Made by a program: the position numbers and the translations under genes | Assembly: GCF_964204645.1 (NCBI RefSeq) | Contig: NC_134026.1 | Location: 28,244,150 to 28,308,149 of the forward strand | Length of the DNA: 64,000 nucleotides | Origin: Tubulanus polymorphus | Lineage: Eukaryota; Animalia; Nemertea | Direction of reading: 5' to 3' | Part shown: positions 25,501 to 36,690 of the stretch, in pieces | Layout: each line of letters opens with the position of its first letter | How positions within the stretch are numbered: the first letter of the stretch is position 1 | The notes under the pieces: generated by a model | The model's input: the letters and a program-made list of their open reading frames with translations, nothing else | What the model was told of the DNA's origin: nothing | The model's database searches: none

Positions 25501-28500
25501 GACGCTACAGTTAAAACATCTGAAATGAACCGATGTTTACCTCTACAGTCAAACTGTTGAACTGGATCCTGCACATTTTTGTTCAATGTTTAACGTATCA
25601 TCGAGATGAAGAATGTATGATGACATTCGAATTTTTTTTCAGTTGCTCGAATGGAAGCAGGTTTAGAAGTGACATCATTAGATGGTCGACCTGGTTCACC
25701 TTCGATGAAACCAGTTACTATTCGTGAAGATCCATTGTAAGTATTCATACAACACTGTTTTAATCAAATCTAATACAATTACTCATTAGTGATTACAACA
25801 TTTATTCATGTTTGAAGGGCGAACAATTGGATGAAAACGGATGCACTCAGTGATGATTTCGCAACCACTCAAACAGTACGATTTGGAAAAGCCGTGAAAA
25901 AACTGAATACTGTTCTGGTGAGTTGAATAGTAAATCAAACATGGAAGTCAATTACTATGTTCTAGTAAACAATTTGCCCATCTTCCTAACTTTTACCTTA
26001 TTACGAATTATTTTACATTTGCAGACTGCTCAGGTTTGTAAATATTAGAACAAATACTTCAATTAATCCCTAGTTATAGTCACAGAGCAGTTGTCTCTAA
26101 AGCTTAATGACAGACTTGTTGAATTTCATCGACAAATCGATTTTTGTCGGAATTTTGCATAGTGTTCCTAGGGATGCAATGCACATTTTGTTTTCGATGA
26201 ATCAATTCGAGCTTATCTAACATGTTTGATATGATTTTTAAGTGGTTTACCGATGAAATTTGTCCAGTCCGTCAAAAGCTTTAGAATTGATTCTGTAATG
26301 AATAATATGTTCATTTGAATTGATTCTTCTTTCTTTTCTGGCTTTTCACCCTCAATTTTCAAACTATGTATGATAGATAAAGATTATTTGATACTATTCT
26401 TACGATTATATGAATTTCAGCATTCGCCAGTGTATGAATTGGTGAGATTGTTTGTTTGATATTAACATGTTTATTGGCATTTTCTGTTAGTTCTGATTGG
26501 TTGGGTTTCTAACTGATTATCAGGGTTTTGCATGGCACATTCATGGTGGAATCGGGTAGTCTGAGATTGGTCAAATATGGCACATGTTTAGAGCATGTAG
26601 CTTTTGATTGAATATCAATGAATATTCTATTCACATTCATTCAATTTCATGCATTAATTCATTCCTTCCAAGAGAAGTTGTTTATTTGCAGCATCACTTA
26701 CTAACTCAAATGGTTCTTTGTTTCTAAATACAACTGTCGGTCTATGTTTCCTCTTATGTTTGCGCCGTAATTTTGATGACTAATTTTTGTATTGGTAAAT
26801 GATAACATTCACTTATCAATTCAAGTAAGAAGAGAACCGCATGTATTATTTATCTATCCATCATCATCATGAATTGTGAATGTACGTGTGGTTTTAAAAG
26901 GGTCAAATTGTTTTTGACAGAATGTAGTGTCAGCGTTTCAAGAAGGGGTCACTCCTAGAGCTGTTTCACCTGACCATGGCATGTATCCAACTATCGAGCC
27001 GACTATGATGACTTGGGGATCAACATTCGACTACACTCGAAGCGCGGTAAGTAGACCCGTCATTTCTCTAATTCCAGTATGAACAGCTAGTAGAAATAAA
27101 ACAGTCTGAATTTTTTCACAACTAATAATTTATTCAAAAATATCAAAAATTTTGAAAAAAAATTGCATTAATAAAATTTGTGCATTAAATTGGAGGGTTT
27201 CTAGTTAACGCATTGTTTCATTATGACTGGAAGATTGGTATCTTATATTTTGAAACGCACAAAAATATCACAAATTTGAATCACATTGGGATAAAAATAA
27301 ATACACTTGTACATTCAATTGGACGATTTAGACTTAAAGCATTGCTTTTGAATGTACCTTTGAATTTCATTAAGTAGTTACTTTGAATAGAGATTCAAAA
27401 ATAGATTAAGTATAGTTTTTACAACTATTAACAGTACGTACATGGCTGTATTTTACATGACAACATTCATCTTAGCTAAAAAACAAATATTGACACAAGG
27501 CAAGACTCTATATCAAGACTTTTTGAATAATTCTATTCCCTGAGCTTAACGCTAACATTCTGACTTCTTCCCACAACATTCGATAATTTCCACTAAATCA
27601 TCCAGCCTCTATCACAGTTCCTTAATGTAGTCATCATTCCATAGTTAGAAGACAATCATTTCCTACAAGTCTATCATTCCATAGTTAGAAGACAATCATT
27701 TCCTACAAATCTATCATTCCATAGTTAGAAGACAATCTTAATCATTTCCTACAAGTCTATCATTCCATAGTTAGAAGACAATCATTTCCTACAAATCTAT
27801 CATTCCATAGTTAGAAGACAATCATTTCCTACAAATCTATCATTCCATAGTTAGAAGACAATCATTTCCTACAAGTCTATCATTCCATAGTTAGAAGACA
27901 ATCATTTCCTACAAATCTATCATTCCTGTTTCATTCCTATCATTTCCTGTGCTTGTTATAATTGACCATTTTCGTCAGAAAACAATCATTTCCTACAAAT
28001 CTATCATTCAATAGTTGGAATACAATCATTTTTTACAAGTCTCATTCCTTTAAAGAAGACCTTATTTTCCAAGAACGTAAATTCTAAACTAACCATATGT
28101 ACATTAGTTCTATAACACCACGTAGGTTGTAAGAATATTCATTTAACTGCCTTAATTGACCATACAATCTTTTCCTTGTGGTTCTTTTTTCTTTCTATCC
28201 GAACGGATCCAATATATTATGTATACTGCTGATATCACCAAAAATATAATGAATGCGAGTAATGGAATCAAATTGAGATAATTAACTTCACCTTGTTGAT
28301 CTTTTGGAATACGGTATGAATATGACTTCCCTGAAACTTGTCTTCCATAATCAGGCCCTCTTGGTACATACACATCTGAAAAATACATCCAAATCCATTT
28401 TAAGAAATTTTTGAATTTTACCTCATTTCCCTTCTAGCGCACAAATATTCTACTACCTGTATGATTGAATACTGTTGTTACATCGAGGCATTTTTTCTGA

Positions 28501-31500
28501 TCCATTAGCTCACAACAAAGCGTTATATTTTCTGTTACATTCGACACGACGATTCTAACTTTGTTCATATCTTTGCTACAGCTTACAATTTCAGCTGAGT
28601 AACCGGAGTCTGGGGACACATCGCATCCATATGAGATCTGTTTCTCATCTTCATATTCTGTTCTTGGATGGTATATGATGATCTTGTGCTTGTTATAATT
28701 GACCGATGTTGTTTGACTACATTCTCCGTGTATCTTATTGTTATATTTAATCACACGGAGAGGTGATATCGTCCATGTTAACGCATCTGAAATGAAGCTT
28801 CCTTATTGTATTGAACATGTACAAGATGTATACTACCAGGGTTCTTACTGATCAGGAAATCGGGGAATTCCGGATCTATTTTCCTGCAGAGAAAATCAGG
28901 GAAATCGGACTCATTTCCTGATAATCACGGAAAAATCAAGAAATTTTTGATGTCTTGCTGGTGATGAGTGGCACAAGGAACCCTCTTGATAACAAACGCC
29001 CCCTCCTGGGCATATCTTAATTCAATCAGAGAATTTTTGGTCGAGGGTCAGGGAAATATCAGGGAATTTTTTACTCCCCGATCTTTTAGAACCCTGTTTA
29101 CAATATACGCAGTGCTGACATCGTAAACTACATACCTATACTGAATGTCGTTTCTTCATGTAGTCCTCCATACGAGCAAATATACAAACCGGCATCTTCT
29201 ACAGTGAATCTATTTTTAACGACATCTATTGCGTAAGGGTTCTTACGACAATTTGATCGCCATGATTTGTCAATGGCGTTGCATCCTCGTGCTATGATTT
29301 GTTCTCTTTTTCTCAGCCACACTTCTATATGAGGCTTATGAAGCCTTTTCGGGACTACACACTCTATTCGTACACTGCTCCCATCTTTAACTAGGTTAGG
29401 TTTGCCCATAGGATACATCACCATTCTTGATTCTATACAATGATCGAGCGAAAATGGTCGTATTAGTGAATAGAGTTGGCACATTTGGCAGAGAGCCATA
29501 AAAAATCTAGGACATTGAATGTTTTACATTTGAATTGGTATAAAAGATAATGTATTTATAACTTACATACCTTCATGGTTCCTAGAATAACATTTCACTA
29601 TAATAGCCATAAGTAGAAAACCAAGGATCGAGATGATTCTTTTTTGGTTATACATGTATATCATGTCATCCGGTGCCGGCATGGTTGCTTCCCTGTTGAA
29701 ATCTCTAGCAACGGACTGCGTCACTCCTTAGCAACGACGTTACGCAATACAATGAAATATTGCAGCCGTTACACAGTCTTCAAAAAGACGTTCAAATCTA
29801 AATGATAAAGCGTTTGTTACTATCAGATAATGTACATAATTCAACGTGTATAAGATTTGATGAATATAACACATAGGATCCCAATACTTACAGTATATTG
29901 AAGGAGACCTCGTGTAGGACGTCCTGTTTGTTCGATGTCGCCGGGCCTTTTGACAATGCTGCAGTTGTACACCTACGCACTGGGTTTTTCCCCGTTGGTT
30001 TTTCCAAGGACTTCCCCTGTAGCTATTATAATCCTTCCCAGGGTACAAAAAGTATGTTAATTGTATGGGGGCTTTTTAAAGAAGATTTGTAGTATGAATA
30101 AGCTATTCAAGAAACCAATATGATAAAAAAACATACGTATGATAAGATAAATATGTTCACCACGTTTGAGTGTGGTTATCGTACCAACATACATATGTAG
30201 TAGTTGTACATAAATGATTCTATAATGAAGTGTCAATATTTTTCTACTGTTAGAGTCCACAGCCAGGGATGTTTTCTCCTCATGCGCCGACCAATCTGAA
30301 CACATCGATTCAACAGCAACAATTCTCATCACAGTATGAATACTTCAAACACAGTTCTGGTTGGAGACCAGGAGTCCAACAAGGTAGGATTGCACCACAA
30401 TTGAAGTGATATGATTTGATTAAGCTTTTTTTTTTTTATCAAAATGGAACTAAGAGTAAGATTTGATTATTTCAGCTGGGCGCAGCTCATCACCGTATTT
30501 GGGTCAACAGCCAAGTATTACCCTCGATGCTGTAAGTAGAATTCACCTCCATGTTTCGAAGTTATATCGAATTTAATTACATGTGTATATTTCGTACATG
30601 TGTATATTTTGTATTTTCAACCATGGTTTTTTACTCGTTGCAGTCCCAGGGTCGTCCACAGTTCAGTTTCCAAGGTGTTAAAGAATCAGTGACCGACCTA
30701 AAACAGGTAAGTGATGTGTAAGAAGATGGTCTTTTGTTGCACTACTTGGCACCTAGTCACTGGAAATTCAATGAAATATTTTTTTGTGTTATGATTATGT
30801 TTAAGGTTTGCACTTACTTAATTATATTACAACTTCATAAATATAGTTTAGAACACGTGTGATTTTATTCACCTACTTATAATTCTGGAACTGTTTCCTT
30901 AGTTTTGGGTTAGATTGTGAGTCAGAATAAGTTGATTAAGTGTCATTAGACGCAAGTTTTAACCTACAACTATAGAACTGGACAGTAATGTAAGCTACAA
31001 AATATTTCTGTAGCCAGTTGCTCAAAAAGTAGTTAGAGTTAACCAGTGGATAGTTGACATAGTGACAGTTAAAACATCATTGTTACCATAGTATCTATCT
31101 GAAGGTTAACTCTTGCCTTTTTTTACCAACTGGGCTGTGCTGGAATAAAGTCTTTCAGTTATTGTTTATCACTGATACTAACCACACGATAATTCACTAT
31201 TTACAGTTACGGTTGCATACACCAACTCAAAAGGTAATTTCACCTCATATATGGTTATTCATTAATTATGTACACTGATCACGTAATGCTCACGCAAATG
31301 GGGATTACAATTTGGTATTTTGAGCATACATACTTCATTGACAGTCTTTAACCTGATATGAATGCATTGTCTTATCTTTAATGAAGGTTTGTTATAATTT
31401 TGGTACTGGCTTCATTCTGTAGGTGGTAGCACTGTACGATTATCAAGCGGCGAGATCAGATGAGTTGACACTGATGAGGGGAGATGTTATCAATGTACTC

Positions 31501-32353
31501 TACAAAGACAGTGATAATTGGTGGATGGGTGAATTATCCTCGGGACAACAGGGATTTTTCCCTTCAAATTACGTCGCCGAACAAGGTATGAACGTGTGGA
31601 CTATCAATTGATTCTGAAATTTCCGATTGTAAACATTTTAAGCGTAATTTGAATGGAAAAATTTATTTCTTTGATTTATATTTATCTAAGCTGCTGGTGC
31701 TGTTAGTGATGATGAAAGCAATGATGATACTGTTGATGTAAAGGAGTCTCGTGCGGTCAGAGCAAAGGTAGCTAATCTGTAGGATTCTAGTTGTTTCAGT
31801 TGTAGATAGTTCATGTTTCACACATCTTTGATATGATATCGATTGTCTTTCAGACTACTGCGGTTATATCAGATTCGGGGGAGCTGAAATTTGTATCAGA
31901 AAGTGAGGAAACTCCCAAGAAAAAGAATGTTCGGTAAGTAAATCTAACGTAATGAATTATTACAAGATTATTCGAAAGAAGTTAACTCTTAATTCATAGT
32001 AAAACTGGTCTATAAACCTAGCCCTGTATGTCCATTGATTAAAAACTCAATCCATGTTCGACGTTTCAGCTATATCCTAAATTATCTTCATGTATTCCTT
32101 AAGATGACTATTAAGATATAGATGAAACTAACTGTCTTGAAATAAACGACCAGCTCAAGGAAACTTTGTTGACTGTATTTGTCATTCTTGTATTTTATAT
32201 TAGTGTATTGCATCTACAGTATTCTGTCTTCTTTTATTCAGGAGCAGCAGTAAAAATCGTCGAGGATCTCGAGAAATGTTATTAGAAAGTGCGAGCAGTT
32301 TGTCCGGTCACCAACGGCGATCCTCTCGGAAAACTCAGGAAACAGTAGCGTAA
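19557..32353 (+). CDS. AHI1: Jouberin (AHI1): K/E-rich N-terminus, C2-like domain, WD40 repeats, SH3; more than 30 exons
   Basis: Motifs [37 protein letters not shown]...[13 protein letters not shown]40 repeats ([25 protein letters not shown]) and SH3 [16 protein letters not shown]...GFFPSNYV. The ORF starts MADLERAV and ends ...QETVA*. Confidence 0.9.
20000..20547. mobile_element. Long foldback/MITE-like inverted repeat in an AHI1 intron
   Basis: Two arms of about 250 bp (20000-20249 and 20298-20547) are near-perfect reverse complements around a 48-bp spacer, with TA at both ends. Confidence 0.85.
21124..21346. mobile_element. MITE-like element (family C)
   Basis: TIR agggttctta...taagaaccct and internal aaatc(a/g)ggga motifs. 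A related copy lies at 28837-29096. Confidence 0.65.
25474..25571. mobile_element. Degenerate family A MITE copy
   Basis: Shares ttgtg.gttaagattt...gttaaaacat.tgaaatgaac and the aactgg.tcctg end with 651-760. Confidence 0.55.
26095..26285. mobile_element. MITE-like inverted repeat
   Basis: tctaaagctt...gac.gact...aatttcatcg is mirrored by cgatgaaattt...agtc.gtc..aagctttaga. Confidence 0.55.
27633..27927. repeat. 40-bp minisatellite, about 7 copies
   Basis: Unit atcattccatagttagaagacaatcatttcctacaa(a/g)tct. One copy has a 7-bp insertion, and decayed copies extend to about 28045. Confidence 0.95.
28152..29682 (-). CDS. Nested type I membrane protein with Ig-like domain(s), 4 exons: 29682-29571, 29432-29136, 28786-28457, 28375-28152
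   Basis: Hydrophobic signal ([14 protein letters not shown]), an Ig domain (VRIEC...EVWLR...[10 protein letters not shown]), a second Cys-containing beta domain, a TM segment ([22 protein letters not shown]) and a basic short tail. All introns are phase 1, as is typical of Ig genes. It lies within AHI1 intron 27047-30253. Confidence 0.8.
28837..29096. mobile_element. Family C MITE copy in an intron of the nested gene
   Basis: cagggttctta...ttagaaccctg termini with aaatc(a/g)ggga internal motifs. Confidence 0.65.
31013..31135. mobile_element. Family B MITE copy (reverse orientation)
   Basis: Matches the reverse complement of 2523-2655 (gttagagttaaccagtggatagttga...cattgttac). Confidence 0.7.
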
Positions 32354-33804
32354 AACAGAACCAGTAGTTGAAACAATCATTTTACTGTTATAATACTTCA
32401 ATAGTAGGAAACCACTTCTCTGTTCGCGGTGAATCAAGGAAGTGACAAGCGCGAGGTGTAACAAACGATAGTTGTTTGCGGTGGCATGCAATTGTGACAA
32501 ACACTCGATGTAAACAATTGCATGCCTGTAACAGTAAATTCAATGGTGCCAATGATTATATGTTCGTAGAGATTTTAGTTTCATGTTTTTGTAATATAGA
32601 TGAATATTATTTAGTTATATATTTGAATTTTCTTTTAGACCTGTAGGGTATACAATTGTTTTAAAATGAAATTCTAAAGAAGCATTCTGATTTTATTTAT
32701 TTTCCTAAATAAATTGCCTGATTTAGCCAAAATATGTCAAAACTTTTCAGTGAAAATAATACCTCTGACTCAATTCGGTGAAACATTTCCAGTCCTAACA
32801 CCATCAAACCATGAATCCAGAGTCCATGATCAAGTGAAGTACAACTGCCTATAACTTGCTGTTAGCAATGACAGTTTTTTTTAGATATTCCAACGTTAAA
32901 CACCTTACTTGTAAATAGTTCATCATCATAGAGATGTTATTTATTGATATTTTTCTAAAGATGTTTATCAAACGTTTTAAATCATGACTTACAGTTGTTC
33001 AAATGAATATCTTAAAAATTTTTCCCATGATAAACAAAAAAGATGATCCCCATGAGTTAAAAAGCCCAAAATTCAAAATATCCTCCCATGTTTGTCCGTC
33101 CATTAAATGTGCATTTGTGCAGTTGAATTTATATCGTAATGAAGAAAGTATAAATTTGCTTCATAAACTATTAATTGACAATATATTTGTCTTTCTGCAT
33201 GTGCCTGTACTTAATAATATTGAATTCTTAGAGATATTTCTAGGAAATATGAAGTATTAGAATTTTGCTACTTATAACCATTTGTAAAACGAATACAAAT
33301 TTGCAAGAAAATAAATAGACCTTTTTGAATTATAGATGGAAACTTTTATTTGTTTAATTTGTTGCCGCATTCTAGGCAGTCTTTCATCTTGTCAGGAAAA
33401 CCAGAGGATTCAATGGAGAATATAATTGGTGTGGCTGCCATTCGCTTTCTTAAACAAAACACATCTTATAGAGGCTGACGAGGTCTGACTCCAACAACGT
33501 AACTGTCCTGCGAATGAATGATAAAGATATATCGACTGAAAACCACGGGTTGGTCTCGGGAATCTGGACCCCCTACCTTCACATCGAGGTCCCTTTTCGT
33601 CAAGACAGAGATTGAGACCAAAAACCTATAAACTTGACACTCGACATTACGTTAGGATCGATTTCTACAATACTTGAAGTTCACAAAACGGCAAACATTC
33701 AGATGCGTGTCAGAAAATATATCCAAATCATGAAATTATTTTCCTAATTTGATGAATAGGTAACGGAATTCTGAATATGTTTGTCGCGACCAGCGTTTGC
33801 GTCA

Positions 33805-33893
33805 ATTGGTCGTACGGTGGTGTCAAACACGTTTGCATTGGTCGTACGGTGGTGTCAAACACGTTTGCATTGGTCGTACGGTGGTGTCAAACA
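33805..33893 (+). repeat. 32-bp tandem repeat (about 2.8 copies), each beginning with ATTGG (reverse CCAAT box)
   Basis: attggtcgtacggtggtgtcaaacacgtttgc starts at 33805, 33837 and 33869 (partial). Confidence 0.9.
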
Positions 33894-34004
33894 TGCCCCC
33901 AGCTAAAGTTATCACATGTTTTAATCATTCTAGTTTTTGCCATGTATCGCTGATCGTCAGTTAGATTGTAACACCTTTAGAACTGTCTTGTCAAAATTTC
34001 TGAT

Positions 34005-34039
34005 TATAAAACGCTTGAGCACTGACTGTAGTCATCAGT
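34005..34039 (+). promoter_or_regulatory. TATA box plus Initiator upstream of the hairpin cluster
   Basis: TATAAAA at 34005-34011 and TCAGT (Inr, A at 34037) about 32 bp downstream, close to canonical spacing. Confidence 0.55.
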
Positions 34040-34127
34040 AACATCGCATCATCTTACACGACTAACGGAGGCTCCCGGTGCATTTAACTCTAAAACTAAT
34101 GGAAGGATAAGAAATGTCGTGATCTTA

Positions 34128-34208
34128 GTTTCTAGAATTATTTGGCATTAGTGGGTAGTCATAATTTTAACACGACTACGCATTGAATGTCAAAACTATT
34201 TTGGAAAT
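34128..34208 (+). ncRNA. Candidate pre-miRNA hairpin 1
   Basis: 5' arm tttggcattagtgggtagtc, 13-nt loop, 3' arm gactacgcattgaatgtcaaa, extended lower stem, CAAC at 34213. Confidence 0.7.
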
Positions 34209-34259
34209 ATCGCAACGTCGAGTTATATATGCAAGGATGACAGACGAAGGAGGGAATAT

Positions 34260-34338
34260 GTTTTCTAGAAGTATTTGGCATTAGTGGGTAGTCAAAATTA
34301 TAGACTATTCATTTATTGCCATAATTCTCCTGGAAATA
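34260..34338 (+). ncRNA. Candidate pre-miRNA hairpin 2
   Basis: 5' arm tttggcattagtgggtagtc (identical to hairpin 1), 9-nt loop, 3' arm gactattcatttattgccata, basal UG, CGAC at 34341. Confidence 0.7.
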
Positions 34339-34531
34339 CCCGACATCGAGGATGTTGAATATCAATTGCAATCTACATCGGTATTGAAAGGTTATATATG
34401 ATTTTTCAAGATTTGATCCGGTAGCATAAGTTAGACAGTCTTGTGTAAATGGACTATTACCAGTGTGGAAATGATTATCAATACAAGATACGAGATTGCG
34501 AAAAAGCACCGGGGATTATGATCACGAACTT

Positions 34532-34615
34532 GGTTTTCAGAATGTTTTGGCATGTAAGTGGATAGTCTTAGCTACTATCGACTATTCACCTTGTGTCCGA
34601 ATCATTTTGTAAGCC
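34532..34615 (+). ncRNA. Candidate pre-miRNA hairpin 4
   Basis: 5' arm tttggcatgtaagtggatagtc, 12-nt loop, 3' arm gactattcaccttgtgtccgaa, basal UG. Confidence 0.68.
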
Positions 34616-34675
34616 ATAATCATGCAGTTATAGTACTAGATACTTGAATACTAAGAATCGTTGCGTAGAAATGAC

Positions 34676-34756
34676 AATTTTCCAAATTATTTGGCATTTG
34701 TGGATAGTCCGAACTTCACCGACTACTCACAAAACGTCAGAATTATTTGGAAAATT
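34676..34756 (+). ncRNA. Candidate pre-miRNA hairpin 5
   Basis: 5' arm tttggcatttgtggatagtc, 11-nt loop, 3' arm gactactcacaaaacgtcaga, lower stem aattttccaaat/atttggaaaatt, CAAC at 34762. Confidence 0.7.
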
Positions 34757-34828
34757 CTAATCAACACAGAGAAATTGTCGCGTATATTGTAATTTTCAGG
34801 GGGTCTAGATGCAAACTAATTATTCATC

Positions 34829-34912
34829 ATGTTCTAAAATGATTTGGCAAATAGTGGATAGTCATCCGTGTACTAGACTATTCACCAAGTGTCAAATTCA
34901 TTTTGGGAATAT
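34829..34912 (+). ncRNA. Candidate pre-miRNA hairpin 6
   Basis: 5' arm tttggcaaatagtggatagtc, 12-nt loop containing GUGU, 3' arm gactattcaccaagtgtcaaa, basal UG, CCTC at 34917. Confidence 0.72.
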
Positions 34913-35070
34913 AGAACCTCACATTGAGAAAAAGTTGTATTTTGCATGAAAGAAAAGACCGTTTGATAGATGTTGCTATGAAGTTACCATTGGTATTTTA
35001 AAAGGATGGCGTTATAACCGCTTCGGATGTTTGGATTCAGAATTCATGACAAGGATATCTATGTGATTTA

Positions 35071-35151
35071 GTTTTCAAGGTAATTTGGCATTAATGGGCA
35101 GTCTTTTCATTGTATTTGACTACTCGTTAGTGTCATAGTTACTTCGGAAAT
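35071..35151 (+). ncRNA. Candidate pre-miRNA hairpin 7
   Basis: 5' arm tttggcattaatgggcagtc, 14-nt loop with UGU, 3' arm gactactcgttagtgtcata, CAGC at 35157. Confidence 0.68.
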
Positions 35152-36659
35152 ATTTACAGCACATCTTCTGATAGGTACCTCCTATTTCAGTCTCATAAAA
35201 CAAATCCACAAACATCGATTTGAATATAAAATGTATATTTAATTATAATTGAATTATAATCATATGTATATTATATATATATATATATAATATAATCATA
35301 TATGTTGGTCTATCAGCAGCCATGGAATGCTATTGTATCAAATAAATAAATGCAACATAATGTTGTACTGACAAAATTATCAAATATTTCCTCTGGGAAA
35401 TGATTAAAAGCTCACAGAAATTGTCTTGAATCTTTTCAAAATACTCAATATTTTAAACACCTCCAACCATTCTGCAGAGCTCAGCACATTTATATGTTAA
35501 CGCATGACATGGAACTGGCAAACGTTTTTTAATCATTACCTTATTGGAATGTAAACATTATCATTGTATTGATCTTCTAAAAACCAAATTAAACTAATAG
35601 TTAGTAACGTATATTCCTCAAAAAGATTTTGCATGGCCGACATTGATAATTATTATCTAAAGATTTCGAATGACCAATCTACCCTTCAAAATAACAATAT
35701 ATGCTATCATCATAGGCGACATAAAAAGTGAATTTGCCTCAGGCCTGCCCGAGATAACACTGAATCTGATCAGTGGTTACAGTTCCAATGATGTGAAACT
35801 AGCATCGAGTAGCAACTAACACAGATTTATGGCTTGAGAGATGAAAGTATACTAATGCAATACTCTGAACACTATAACTAGTTTAAGCACTAAGCTAAGG
35901 ATTTTGCAAAAATAAAAACAAAACCGGAAAAAAACGTGTTTAAAATACAATTTCGAGACATGATGACACCTACTTTATAAGTTACAGGTAATTCATATAC
36001 AACGTACGAATACTTTGGAAGCTAATTGAATTCACATCATACAATACGTATATAAATATCTATGTACACGGTAACTTCTTTTGATTCACAAAAAAACTTG
36101 TTATTTTACGCATTAGGCGCAGCACCCCATTAACATGGAAGCGTGCAGGTTCCAATATGTTTTGTATAATTTTGGTTTGAACTAATATTTCAAGCAATTC
36201 ATTGTTAATTTCTGATTAAGAGTATTGATGATTCATTTCGAGTAAAGCACCTGAAGTTGTTGGTGTTTTACGGGCGAGACAGTTTTGCTGCTAAGTTGTA
36301 CACATGTCATGGCAAAAAGTAGCACTTTACACCTGAGATTTATCGTTATACTTTGTGCAATGTATATATAATTTCAAGATACTTGTGATATTTGAGTAAA
36401 AATTGTCATTTGAATTTTCAAGTACCGGTATTAACAACCAGCTACTCTCATCAATAATTCTTACATTCATGTAGCAACATTTTTCGCGGTATTCCCTTTA
36501 AAGTTAACCCAAATACGTAATCAAAATTTAATGAAGAATTGCGAATTATCATCAGGAAGACAAGAAAATATCCTGAAAAATACATGGTCCAAAACCGAAA
36601 TGGTTTTGTATATTGATCAATAATCATGTCGATAATAATTGTATACAACATACAATCTA

Positions 36660-36690
<31 letters not shown>

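Noticed and set aside
27633-27927. Regular repeat array as a possible CRISPR
   Set aside because: The units are contiguous near-identical 40-mers with no unique spacers, the context is eukaryotic and there are no cas genes. It is a minisatellite.
32547-32552. TGCCAA seed match to the candidate miRNAs in the AHI1 3' UTR
   Set aside because: A single 6-mer is expected by chance and is not evidence of targeting.
34128-35151. Hairpin array read as CRISPR repeat-spacer or as a MITE array
   Set aside because: The repeats are about 80 nt and diverged, spacer lengths are irregular and there are no cas genes. Strand-specific G-U pairing and Microprocessor motifs fit miRNA better than a DNA palindrome, and no TSDs were seen.
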